Shown: piece by piece, positions 37,748-47,330 of the stretch
Position numbering within the stretch: the first letter of the stretch is position 1
Layout: each line of letters opens with the position of its first letter
Assembly: GCA_019057385.1 (NCBI GenBank)
Contig: JAHQJS010000006.1
Coordinates: 517,038-581,037, forward strand
DNA from: Candidatus Borrarchaeum weybense
GTDB taxonomy: Archaea; Asgardarchaeota; Sifarchaeia; Borrarchaeales; Borrarchaeaceae
DNA length: 64,000 nucleotides
Direction: 5' to 3'
Translations under genes and position numbers: made by a program
The notes under the pieces: generated by a model
Databases searched by the model: none
What the model was told of the DNA's origin: nothing
Seen by the model: the letters and a program-made list of their open reading frames with translations, nothing else

Positions 37748-38686
37748 ATGAGAGAAGCATATAGCGAGTTAATGAAAAAAATAAATGCTGGGGAGTTCGT
37801 GTTCACGGGTGAACTTGAACCTGAAAAGACTACTGATCTACATGAGGTCATAGAGCAAGCAAGAGCACTTAAAGGTTATGTGACCGCCTGCAATGTAACT
37901 GATAATCCAAAATCATGTGCATACACATCTCCCTTAGCAGCTTCCTACATGGTTCAGAGGGACTCAGGAATGGAGGCAGTATATCAATGTACAGTCAGAG
38001 ACCGAAATAGACTTGCTTTAGTGTCTGATTTGCTTGCTGCAGGCTCTTTAGGTCTAAAAAACGTTCTCGCCTTGAGCGGCGACCATACTACTCTTGGTGA
38101 CAATCCTGGGGCGTTACCAGTCTATGATGTTGATTCACTTGGATTAGTGTATATGGCAAGAAAAATGGTCGTAGATGGGACTGACTTAGTAGGTCTTGAA
38201 ATAGAAAAACCACCAAAATTTAATATCGCCATGGCTGGAAATCCTAATGCTGATCCTCTAGAGCCAGAAGTGCTTAAGTGTGAAAGAAAAACACTTGGTC
38301 TTGGAGAATATGGGGCAGATTTCATACAGACCCAGGTCGTCTTTGAAATCGAAAAGGCAAAAACATGGCTTAAAGAGATTGAATATCTCAATACGCCGTG
38401 CATCATCGGGATTTTCCCCATAAAATCTTACGGCATGGCAAAATTCTTCAATACCGCAATCCCTGGTGTTTCAGTACCTGATTTCCTAATGGAAATGTTT
38501 AAAGAGGCTAAGAAAACCGAAGACAAACAGAAGAAAAAAGAAAAGTATCTAGAGATCAATATCGAATATTTCACAGATTTTTGCAGAGAGATCTACAAAA
38601 CAACCAAAGCCGCGGGTATCCACATCATGGCAGTCAACTACGTCCAGTGCACACCGCCGCTTGTTGAAGCAGTATTAAAAGCTTAA
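37748..38686 (+). CDS. metF: Methylenetetrahydrofolate reductase
   Basis: FTGELEP, NVTDNP, TVRDRNR, LALSGDH, GADFIQTQ, GIHIM; GAGGTGA SD before the ATG at 37748. Confidence 0.9.
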   Translation: MREAYSELMKKINAGEFVFTGELEPEKTTDLHEVIEQARALKGYVTACNVTDNPKSCAYTSPLAASYMVQRDSGMEAVYQCTVRDRNRLALVSDLLAAGSLGLKNVLALSGDHTTLGDNPGALPVYDVDSLGLVYMARKMVVDGTDLVGLEIEKPPKFNIAMAGNPNADPLEPEVLKCERKTLGLGEYGADFIQTQVVFEIEKAKTWLKEIEYLNTPCIIGIFPIKSYGMAKFFNTAIPGVSVPDFLMEMFKEAKKTEDKQKKKEKYLEINIEYFTDFCREIYKTTKAAGIHIMAVNYVQCTPPLVEAVLKA

Positions 38687-38712
38687 GGGATTCCCTTTCC
38701 TTTTTTTGTTTT
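38685..38712 (+). terminator. Hairpin plus T-tract after metF
   Basis: AAGGG-GATT-CCCTT followed by TCCTTTTTTTGTTTTT. Confidence 0.5.
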
Positions 38713-38869
38713 TGAAATTTTGATTTTAGGCTTTGTTTTTGATTAAAAAAGTCAATAATGTTAAGTTACAACTTATACAAGACGATTAATATTCACAAGA
38801 TAATATGTGTTCTTATGTCGCGATATATTTTTTCTAGTGTTCATATACAATTGATTAAAAATTCTTAAC

Positions 38870-38912
38870 TAATCGGTGGGAAGCCCCCATCCTCCAGGGT
38901 GGGGTAGTTCAC
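38870..38912 (+). mobile_element. IS200/IS605 right-end remnant
   Basis: GGAAGCCCCCATCCTCCAGGGTGGGGTAGTTCAC has the same architecture as the tnpB right end at 21516. Confidence 0.65.
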
Positions 38913-38969
38913 TGAAGCATTTAAATATCCTTGCGATTACTATGAGAAAACCTATTATAATAGTCTATT

Positions 38970-40646
38970 TTGGTGAATGGTATGTCAAACCGTGAAAAAA
39001 GTGAACCTCGACTTGAAGGTATAGAGTCAATACATCATCGTGCGCTTTATAGGGCAACAGGGCTCACTGATGAAGATTTTAAGAAGCCGTTTATTGCCGT
39101 TGCAAACTCATGGAATGAGATTGTACCAGGTCATATTCATTTGAATAAACTTGCAGCTAAAGTTAAAGACGGAATTCGTGATGCTGGTGGAGTTCCTTTT
39201 GAATTTAATACGATTGCTATTTGCGATGGAATTGCCATGGGCCACATTGGTATGTCATCTTCGTTGCCTAGTCGTGATCTTATAGCAGACTCTGTTGAGC
39301 TGATGGTTTCTGCACATGGATTTGACGGTCTAGTGTGCCTAGCTAGCTGTGATAAAATTGTTCCCGGTATGTTGATGGCAATTGCCCGTCTTAATGTACC
39401 TTCTATCGTGGTCACAGGAGGCCCTATGCTTCCAGGCAGATTTAAGGGTAAGCCTGTAGCAATAACTGACGCCTTCTTAGCAACTGGCTGGGTTAAATCT
39501 GGGAAAATGACTTTGGAAGAGGCTGATGCCTTAGAAAAAGCAGCGTGCCCGGGTCCTGGCTCCTGTGCAGGTATGTATACTGCGAATACCATGTCATTAA
39601 TTACAGAAGCTCTTGGTCTCAGCTTACCAGGAAGTGCCACTGAGCATGCAATAGATGTAAGAAAAGAGCGAACTGCTCTTCAAAGTGGTCGCCAGATCAT
39701 GAAACTAATAGCAGATAATATTACAGCACATGAGATTATGACAAAAGACGCGTTTGAAAATGCAATTCGTTTAGCTTTAGCTGTTGGTGGATCTTCCAAT
39801 ATTATACTTCATCTTCCTGCAATAGCTAAGGAAGTTGGATATGAGTTAAAATTAGAGGTTTTTGACGAACTGAGCAAAGACACACCTCATATTATCGATA
39901 CTGTTCCTGGTGGACCTTATACACTAAAAGACGTAGATGAGGCAGGAGGAGTTCCTGCGATATTAAAAGTACTTGGAAATAAAATTCATCTTAATTCACT
40001 CACAGTGACTGGCAAAACTATTGGAGAGAACATAGAAGATGCCAAAGTGTTGAGATCTGACGTAATAAGACCCCTAGAAGATCCTGTGCATAAGGAAGGA
40101 GGCTATGCTATTTTGAAAGGGAACTTGGGGGTAGCAGTTGTTAAACAAAGCGCTGTCAAATCTGATATGATGGCTCATAAAGGACCTGCAAAAGTTTTTA
40201 ACTTAGAAGAAGATGCGCTCGCTGCAATTCTTGATGGACGCATTCCCAATGGCTCAGTTGTCGTAATTCGTTACGAGGGACCAAAGGGAGGTCCTGGTAT
40301 GCGTGAAATGTTAGCCCCTACCTCCGCGATAGTAAGCATGGGTTTAGATAAAGTTGCACTCATCACTGATGGACGATTCTCTGGAGGAACGAAGGGCCCT
40401 GCGCTAGGACATCTATCGCCAGAAGCTGCAGAGGGCGGAACTATTGCGGTAGTCGAAGATGACGACCTTATCGCTATAGACATTCCTAATCGAAAATTAG
40501 AACTTCTTATCTCCGATAATGATCTTCAGGAACGCCTCGGCAGATGGAAACCTCCCAAGAAAAAGATTAGAAAGGGTTATCTGGCTCGATACGCGCTACT
40601 CGCCAACTCTGCGGATAAAGGTGCCTATCTGCAGGACAAAATTTAA
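38970..40646 (+). CDS. ilvD: Dihydroxy-acid dehydratase
   Basis: PGHIHL, ICDGIAMGH.GM, SCDKIVPG, CPGPGSCAGMYTANTM, YEGPKGGPGMREM, ITDGRFSGG. The start is probably ATG at 38982. Confidence 0.96.
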   Translation: MVNGMSNREKSEPRLEGIESIHHRALYRATGLTDEDFKKPFIAVANSWNEIVPGHIHLNKLAAKVKDGIRDAGGVPFEFNTIAICDGIAMGHIGMSSSLPSRDLIADSVELMVSAHGFDGLVCLASCDKIVPGMLMAIARLNVPSIVVTGGPMLPGRFKGKPVAITDAFLATGWVKSGKMTLEEADALEKAACPGPGSCAGMYTANTMSLITEALGLSLPGSATEHAIDVRKERTALQSGRQIMKLIADNITAHEIMTKDAFENAIRLALAVGGSSNIILHLPAIAKEVGYELKLEVFDELSKDTPHIIDTVPGGPYTLKDVDEAGGVPAILKVLGNKIHLNSLTVTGKTIGENIEDAKVLRSDVIRPLEDPVHKEGGYAILKGNLGVAVVKQSAVKSDMMAHKGPAKVFNLEEDALAAILDGRIPNGSVVVIRYEGPKGGPGMREMLAPTSAIVSMGLDKVALITDGRFSGGTKGPALGHLSPEAAEGGTIAVVEDDDLIAIDIPNRKLELLISDNDLQERLGRWKPPKKKIRKGYLARYALLANSADKGAYLQDKI

Positions 40647-40680
40647 AGCAGTTAGAAAACTCGATGGGCTTCTATAAGCC

Positions 40681-42060
40681 TCATTTTTTCACAATTATTA
40701 GGTCTCTTGGCTTAGTAACAGAACCCACGAAGAATATATTTTTTCGTATGAATTTCTTCTCTTCCTGAATTTCTCCTTTAATCCAATGACTGGCTAGCAT
40801 CTTGTTAATGACTCTTTTCAGCTGTTCTTCGCTGAAAACATTCGCCATTAATTCATTTAAATAGATCTGATGCTCTTGCTCTCTTGATAATTGCTTAAGA
40901 ATTTTTCTTATAATTTGTTCTTCGTCTGAATTCAAAGAGTACAAAAAATCTTCCAACAACTCTTTTTCGTTTACTACTTCCACGTTTATGCCTTCACGAG
41001 ATAACTGTTGAACAAGATTTCTGACAAAACTTGCGGATACGTTGTATTTCTTTGCTGTTTTAGAGAGCAGATATCGCCCCTTCTTTTTCAGCAGTTGTTC
41101 TTTGATTTTCGGCTTCGCGAAGTATTCCAATGTTCTCGCAATGAGACGCCTGGTTTCTTTTTGTGTGGTTTTACGTTTTAGTTTAGTCAATTTTGAAATG
41201 ATGTCCTTTTCCATATGAGGATAACTCTCGTAAATATCAATAACATACGCATACGCCAGTTCTCTTATTCTTTTTTCTTCGTCTTTAAAAAGCTCAAGAA
41301 TGAGAGGGGCAAATTCATCAACTTTTTCATTTTGCTTCTGAAGGATTATATTGATACAATTCATGGCAGAGAGTCTTACTTCAAAAAATTTCTCATTTAA
41401 TCCACTCTTTACCATGGGGAGGACGTCCTCTTTTAAAATATCTCTTGACCATAGTTGGCAAAATGCCCAAAGCCCTCCTTTTCTCATCCAAAAATCATCG
41501 GATTCCAATGCCTTTTTAAGTAACTTTTGCGCTTCATTTAAGTCCTCATCATTTTGCTGGAGATAATCAACAATTGCTCCAATTGTAAAGTATCGGGTCC
41601 AACTATCTTCGTTCTCCATTTGTTTGGCTAGAAGTTGAAAATCCGAGATACCCTCTTCGTCTTCTTGCATATATTGGGTTCTTAAAAGATCAAAAAACTT
41701 CTCCGCCGCTATATGAGGAAGATATGGGCTTTGAGATCCAATAGTTCCAAGCGCATAGAGAGCATTTTCTTGAACCTCTGCATATTTATCATTTAGGCTG
41801 GTTAAGAGCTTAGGAACCGCTATTTTAACCAGATTAGGCTCTTGTAAACCAATATCTCCCAGAACCCTTGCGATTGTAGCCCTTATGTAACTGTCATCAT
41901 CATTTAGAGTTTCTACGAGTTCTGGTATAACCTCCTTAATTTTAAGAGGATCCTCTTTTCCTATTTTTCCAATAGTCTGGGCAGAAATTCGTCGTTTTCC
42001 AACATCTTCATCAGAAAGTCCACTTAATAGTTCCTCAACATCACTTTTCAATTGATACAA
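40681..42060 (-). CDS. HEAT-repeat protein with a C-terminal PCI/winged-helix-like domain
   Basis: HEAT repeats (LNDDDSYIRATIARVLG); C-terminal LNEL....SEEQLKRVINKMLASHWIKGEI resembles a PCI winged helix. Confidence 0.75.
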   Translation of the reverse strand: MYQLKSDVEELLSGLSDEDVGKRRISAQTIGKIGKEDPLKIKEVIPELVETLNDDDSYIRATIARVLGDIGLQEPNLVKIAVPKLLTSLNDKYAEVQENALYALGTIGSQSPYLPHIAAEKFFDLLRTQYMQEDEEGISDFQLLAKQMENEDSWTRYFTIGAIVDYLQQNDEDLNEAQKLLKKALESDDFWMRKGGLWAFCQLWSRDILKEDVLPMVKSGLNEKFFEVRLSAMNCINIILQKQNEKVDEFAPLILELFKDEEKRIRELAYAYVIDIYESYPHMEKDIISKLTKLKRKTTQKETRRLIARTLEYFAKPKIKEQLLKKKGRYLLSKTAKKYNVSASFVRNLVQQLSREGINVEVVNEKELLEDFLYSLNSDEEQIIRKILKQLSREQEHQIYLNELMANVFSEEQLKRVINKMLASHWIKGEIQEEKKFIRKNIFFVGSVTKPRDLIIVKK

Positions 42061-42187
42061 CGTCCCTTGGCAAATTTTAAGTTTACATCACTCTACTTGA
42101 TAGGTAGATTTTCATTAGATCCTATGGTAAGTTAATTAGATTTACTTTTTTCTATTAAATTTAGTAAGTTATTCTTAAGGTGATAGG

Positions 42188-42430
42188 ATGAATATTTCAC
42201 GGGAGAAGATTCCGCAATTTCAGGAAAGGGAAGGTATTGCTCAAGACTTGAGCAAAGCATGGGAAAATCATTCAGATTTTTTGAAAAGATTCCCTTTTAG
42301 AAAAAATCCTGATTCCACCTAAGAATGACTAAAGAGAAACTTGGGAAGACAGGCTCTGAAGATTTTTTCTTTTATTGGCTGCAATACCCCCTAGGTTGGC
42401 TTGGGTTTTATACTGTTTGGGAAGCTCTGT
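42188..42430 (+). pseudogene. Broken gene remnant, possibly a McrB-like N-terminal domain
   Basis: GGTGA SD and ATG, then ..FLKRFPFRKNPD, stop/frameshift, TKEKL..GSEDFF, frameshift, YWLQY. Resembles the F...FP....lt.e....dsF.YWlE pattern from memory. Confidence 0.3.
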
Positions 42431-42475
42431 GAAAGATAATAGCGGGAAAAAGATTTTAGCGAAGATAAAGAAGAG

Positions 42476-43972
42476 TTAAATAACCTTTCTTAACCAATTG
42501 GTGAGATTGAAGAAATCTACGGCGTGCACATTCTTGTATTTTCTCACTAATGGGGTATATTTTGTCACGACACATGCAAATACTTTATATGTTTCTCTTT
42601 CACCGCTTATTGTGAGTTCTTCCTTAAATTTTTCAAAGTTATTTTTGAAAAATTCAACACGTTCTCGTTGTTTCAACATTTGATCTAGAAGTCTCTTTTT
42701 TTGCAGCAATTCCTGTTCTATGAGTGTCCATCCAGATATCGAAGATGGTGAAATGTCCCAATATTTTGCTTCCGCTAATACAATAGTCTTTTCGGTTTCT
42801 TTTATGGCAATTGCATCATACTCAGGACTATCTCTCGAAATTTTAACTGGTTTATCGGGAACGCTGTATCCATTTTCCGATAATAACTCTCTTACACGTT
42901 GCTCAAAGACCTTGGCGGCTTGTTGCTTTTTTTGTGCTATTGACTGTGAGGGATCATTCACATTTTCATCGTTTAAACCAAGAAGATGAAACAAAAGAAA
43001 TAGTATTGTACTAGGGTCGCAAAGGATTTGGTCTCCTTCTATTAGAACCAAAATTGGTGCCCTCGCTTTTGAAACCATATATTCGCGTAAAAAGGCATCT
43101 ATATCTAATCCATATTTTTCATAATTGAGTAAGTAACTTTTTATTCCATTTACCGTCCATTTACTCCTATTGGAAAAAAATAATCCAAGTAGCGCCGCTA
43201 TGTCTGCACTTGAAACATCATATTTAACTTGCTGTGCTGTGCGGTAATATAGACACAAAGCATATTTCGTGCGTATAATGTGTTCAAAAAATTGAACGAA
43301 GTATTTTTCAAGTTCCATGCCTTGTTCCAATTGAATATCCTCTCTTACTTGTTGATCTATTTCTGAATATCTAAATACGTCCTCAGTTATTCCAATAGAA
43401 CTACTAATAAGCCCCCAATTTCTAAGCATTAAAAATAAAGCATCCAAATACTTTATTTGAAAAACCTCATTGTCTGAGACCCTGATTAAACGACGTCTGT
43501 TTTCAAGGTCATCGATAAAATTTAATCTAGTCACATAATAGCTATATTCTTGTAATAAAGACTCAAAGTCTGGATTGGTATTGGAACGACCAATCGATGG
43601 AGAAATTGAATTGAGATCTATAAACATTTGATTTGTTGTGAAGAACTCATTTAGTATCATTCCTTTTCCTGCAAAAAATCCATCTATGAGTTTTTTACGA
43701 TAGGAAAAAATAAGAGTTTTCAGTATAGTCTCATTAAATTCTTTCATTTTGGCTAACAGGCTATTTTTCAGTTCATCGATTTCATTTTTTAACTTTTGTG
43801 CTCCTTTAACATTATAAAATTCAATTCCAACAGGAAAAAGGATGCATTTCGGATTTACACAAATTTCTTCTTTTGTGTTGAGTCCTAAATACAGTAAATG
43901 TTTACATTCTGTACATAGATAATCCGATATGGTCTCCATGATTTTATGCCATGGGTAAAACTCACTCACCAT
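42476..43972 (-). CDS. Hypothetical protein with an N-terminal Zn finger and a C-terminal PD-(D/E)xK (NERD-like) nuclease
   Basis: CTEC..CVNPKC; FEQRVRELL..GY...EYDAIAI...IVLAEAK. Confidence 0.75.
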   Translation of the reverse strand: MVSEFYPWHKIMETISDYLCTECKHLLYLGLNTKEEICVNPKCILFPVGIEFYNVKGAQKLKNEIDELKNSLLAKMKEFNETILKTLIFSYRKKLIDGFFAGKGMILNEFFTTNQMFIDLNSISPSIGRSNTNPDFESLLQEYSYYVTRLNFIDDLENRRRLIRVSDNEVFQIKYLDALFLMLRNWGLISSSIGITEDVFRYSEIDQQVREDIQLEQGMELEKYFVQFFEHIIRTKYALCLYYRTAQQVKYDVSSADIAALLGLFFSNRSKWTVNGIKSYLLNYEKYGLDIDAFLREYMVSKARAPILVLIEGDQILCDPSTILFLLFHLLGLNDENVNDPSQSIAQKKQQAAKVFEQRVRELLSENGYSVPDKPVKISRDSPEYDAIAIKETEKTIVLAEAKYWDISPSSISGWTLIEQELLQKKRLLDQMLKQRERVEFFKNNFEKFKEELTISGERETYKVFACVVTKYTPLVRKYKNVHAVDFFNLTNWLRKVI

Positions 43973-44397
43973 ATTTCAACATCCAAATTAAAAATGATAA
44001 TCTAGATTTCCATTAGTATATTCGTAATTGACTAGTAATATCGGTTTTTTTGTTTTCATTTTTTACTTGAAAGATTGAGTTTCATGTATAGACGATTGAT
44101 AACACTATAGAACAAAGATTTGTCGATTAATCTCGCTGCCTTTAAAGATCTTTATGAAACTATTTTTTTCTTGTTTCTTCTTCTGTATCTGACCATATCT
44201 TCCTAAAACATTCAAACGGATGGATAAAGGTTTTATGCACTTTTTTGTCATAGTTATCATTAGATTGAGGAGCAATAAAAGTAAAACAGCATTCCAGAAA
44301 AACGAGGATCAAAACAATGAGTAATCACCTAATGAACGTAAGCAAAAACTTGAACAATGAAAAACGGAAGAAATCCGGATAATTTTGTAAAATAATG

Positions 44398-45105
44398 CTA
44401 GATCTTTACAATATTCATCTCTCTTTTTCTATATATTTTCTTTTTCTCATATCTAAAAAACATTCCATATATAATAGAGCTTGCCACCAAAATAACAACT
44501 ATGATGATAATCATCCATAGAAGTGAAACGTAATCTGAGATCCACAACCAGTAAAGACTAAGAAACACCAAGATCAAACCCCAGAAGCGTCGTCTAAACC
44601 AAATCAAAAACCGTATTTTATGGCGTTCGATGTATGATTTTAAGAAGGTATGAATGCCGAACGTACTATCTCTTTGATAACTACTCATTTTGGTAATCCT
44701 TTTTTCAATACCTCGAACACGGGCATAAGCTATATCATCAAGACGCTTTGTTGTATAATGCACACCGAATAACCATATGGAATAAAGAAATATCGAGGCC
44801 AAAGCATCAACTAAATGAGTCTTATTCCCATTGCTTTTGATTAAAATTTCACTGAAAGTTTCACTAACAATAAGAAAGGCGGCAGCTACTAATATCGTTC
44901 CTACTACAAGCGTGATATTCTCCCTGCGCTCTATTTCATTATTTGTGCATTCATAATCTTTCAATAATACATCGATTTCGATATTCTGATTTTCATTAAA
45001 ATGATACTCGAATAAACTTGGTTTTCCAAACTCAAGTATCACGATATAGATCATTGAAAGAACAAATCCAATTACTGAAATCACAAATGTCCCCAAATCA
45101 GACAC
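44398..45105 (-). CDS. Multi-pass membrane protein of unknown function
   Basis: About 5 hydrophobic segments; Y.....EI.RR..TM..TM..R...IEK layout. Confidence 0.65.
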   Translation of the reverse strand: MSDLGTFVISVIGFVLSMIYIVILEFGKPSLFEYHFNENQNIEIDVLLKDYECTNNEIERRENITLVVGTILVAAAFLIVSETFSEILIKSNGNKTHLVDALASIFLYSIWLFGVHYTTKRLDDIAYARVRGIEKRITKMSSYQRDSTFGIHTFLKSYIERHKIRFLIWFRRRFWGLILVFLSLYWLWISDYVSLLWMIIIIVVILVASSIIYGMFFRYEKKKIYRKREMNIVKI

Positions 45106-45182
45106 AGAATATCCCCCAGCCTATTAATGGCATTTGTCTAAAATAAGTCTGCTTGTAATAAAAAAAACTTAGTATCTTTTAA

Positions 45183-45329
45183 TTAGAGTGCGTTTTCTTT
45201 TAACCATAGCCGGATAGCTTCTTCAACGGCTTTACTTAAATAACCTCTTCTAAGACCGAATTTTTTCACTCCTTTTTCACGTAATTGTTGTTCAAGGTCA
45301 TCTGGTATGGACACGCTAATACTTCCCAT
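45183..45329 (-). CDS. Ribbon-helix-helix regulator, divergent from the RAMP operon
   Basis: MGSISVSIPDDLEQQLR....FG..RG.LSKAVEEAI..WL, with a GGTGA SD. Confidence 0.85.
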   Translation of the reverse strand: MGSISVSIPDDLEQQLREKGVKKFGLRRGYLSKAVEEAIRLWLKENAL

Positions 45330-45516
45330 GCTATCACCTTGTGGACCTTTTACAGGTAGCCTTTTCATGTTTCACATATACTTTATACTATAAAACAAAC
45401 ATTCTTTTCCTTTAAAAGTATTATTATTCCACACAAAATATATAAGATAAAAGATATATGTTATAATAGATTTCTGGCAAACTAAGAGATGCTAGAAAAA
45501 TCGCGAGGTTGTAAAC

Positions 45517-46350
45517 ATGAAACAAACAAAAAAACAGATCGTGATTCGTGCCTATACACCCATAGCTAAACCTCTCAATGCGTCTATTCAAAAAAATGCA
45601 ACTATGCTTCTCCTCGGCGAAATTCCCTATGAGAATGGGTCAAAAGTATTCAATACTAAACTTTATTACATCAAAGGTGTACGTGGGATGCTGAGACATG
45701 CTTGTATGAAGTTAGCTCAGGCTTGCGGTATTGAAGTGTGTCATAGCAGTGAAAAAACGGAACTCAAAGACGGAACTAAACTTATTTCTTCGGGTTTTCA
45801 TCCGCTTGGTGCATGCAATCCTCCGTGTATTCTCAGGCGCCTTTTTGGTACCTTCCGCGAAGAGTCCTCGATTTCTGTCTTGGTTGATCCTATCGCCTCT
45901 ATCAGGCATAAAGAATATACTACTGAGGTAGTTGTTCAAAAAGTTCATATCTCCAGCGAGAATAGGATTGCCCTTGCCTATGATCGAACTCCCATTCAAG
46001 ATTTTCGTGAAAGCTATTTCAGTGGTTATTTTAGCTTCTGTATTGACGTAACCACTTTAACTGATGATGAAATCAAGTTTCTCATGGAATCACTGCTCTA
46101 CATTGAGATACTTGGTGGTGGCAAAAACGCGGGTTATGGGCGTGTCAAAATTCTGGATTTCGAAGTCCAGAAGATTGGTATCGTAAGAAACATCGAGAGA
46201 GATAATGGCGCCTACAAAATTAGTGAAAAAACTGAAGTGCAACCAATACTGCTTGAAAACATCGAGGAGTGGAGGACTGCATATATGGGAGAAAATTTGG
46301 CAGCGGTCGAACAAGAACAAATCTCTGCCCTAGTTAGTGATAAAAAATGA
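45517..46350 (+). CDS. Cas7-like RAMP-superfamily protein
   Basis: IKGVRGMLRH, Zn-type C-H..C...C.L.RLFG, thumb ENRI...FRE, and C-terminal glycine-rich loop LGGGKNAGYGRVKI. Confidence 0.85.
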   Translation: MKQTKKQIVIRAYTPIAKPLNASIQKNATMLLLGEIPYENGSKVFNTKLYYIKGVRGMLRHACMKLAQACGIEVCHSSEKTELKDGTKLISSGFHPLGACNPPCILRRLFGTFREESSISVLVDPIASIRHKEYTTEVVVQKVHISSENRIALAYDRTPIQDFRESYFSGYFSFCIDVTTLTDDEIKFLMESLLYIEILGGGKNAGYGRVKILDFEVQKIGIVRNIERDNGAYKISEKTEVQPILLENIEEWRTAYMGENLAAVEQEQISALVSDKK

Positions 46351-47150
46351 CAAAAAACTGGATAAAATTATCGGGTATAACTAAAACACCTGTTGTAAGC
46401 AAGAGAAAACGTTTTTTTCATAAATACGGTGTAATTACTATTAATGGTCGTCCTAGAGCATTTGGTAAACTTACAAAAGGAGAGAAACGCGCTCCTATGA
46501 CATTTAGAGCTAGATATGGAACAGTAGAGTTCGTTGTTCCACAGTCTAAACTTGAGCAAGCATTCACTGTTGATACCATCGGGAGATATACCCATGAAGG
46601 AATGGGGCAAATTGTCTGGAGAAGTGTGAAGCACCTCCAAAAAAAGCCCCTCTACGCTCCAAGAAAAATTAAGATTCGTAAAATGCTTCCCAAACTCTCA
46701 GATGCACAGAAAAATCTACTAAAAGCCTTTCTTTTACATGATTTCGTGCATACCGAAAAGCATCGAAGTAAAATCTACAATGAGATTGACATAATTGATG
46801 AAGAAGTTTACAAATTAGCAAAAAATCATCATAATTACAATTTTGACGAAAGAGAATTGCCTCTCCTCTCTACCCTTCACTATTATGATCGCCTTTCCGC
46901 GATGATTTCTCGAAAATTCAGATGGTCTGCCTCCTCGCGTTATCGTGTGAATGTTCAAAAGGAAATAGATTTCGATATGCTAAAAAGAGAGATAGAATCA
47001 CGCCAATATTCTCTTTGTGCCCTTTATGGTTATGTGTACAAATCTTGTGTACTTAACAAAATCAATGAGGCGCTAAAATTTGGTTTCTCTTCTTTGAAAA
47101 ACCATCTCTTATTAATGGTTAATCTCTATATTGATGACTTTCATAGGTGA
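46347..47150 (+). CDS. Cas5-like RAMP domain fused to an HD-family nuclease domain
   Basis: N-terminal glycine-rich loop IGRYTHEGMGQI; C-terminal LLHDF..H...HH..YDRLSA. ATGA overlap with the cas7-like gene. Confidence 0.75.
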   Translation: MTKNWIKLSGITKTPVVSKRKRFFHKYGVITINGRPRAFGKLTKGEKRAPMTFRARYGTVEFVVPQSKLEQAFTVDTIGRYTHEGMGQIVWRSVKHLQKKPLYAPRKIKIRKMLPKLSDAQKNLLKAFLLHDFVHTEKHRSKIYNEIDIIDEEVYKLAKNHHNYNFDERELPLLSTLHYYDRLSAMISRKFRWSASSRYRVNVQKEIDFDMLKREIESRQYSLCALYGYVYKSCVLNKINEALKFGFSSLKNHLLLMVNLYIDDFHR

Positions 47151-47330
47151 GCCCATATGCTTCAAATCATGATATTGGTATTCCTCTTTGCAGGCAAATA
47201 CACTGGATACAAGGCGGAATGTTCTTCGCACCACGCGGAGAACACGTTCTTGTGCATGAGACTGAACCCGAGAGGTCCCACGCCTCAGATGAAGGGAATG
47301 AATGACAGGCAGAGGACGAGAAAAGTGATA
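47151..47330 (+). ncRNA. Candidate structured RNA directly downstream of the Cas5-HD gene
   Basis: GC-richer than its flanks. 10-bp hairpin TGTTCTTCGC/GCGGAGAACA (47220-47244) extended by ACAAG/CTTGT, a CC-GAGA-GG tetraloop, and an outer stem TCCTCT/AGAGGA (47182-47187 with 47311-47316). Confidence 0.5.
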
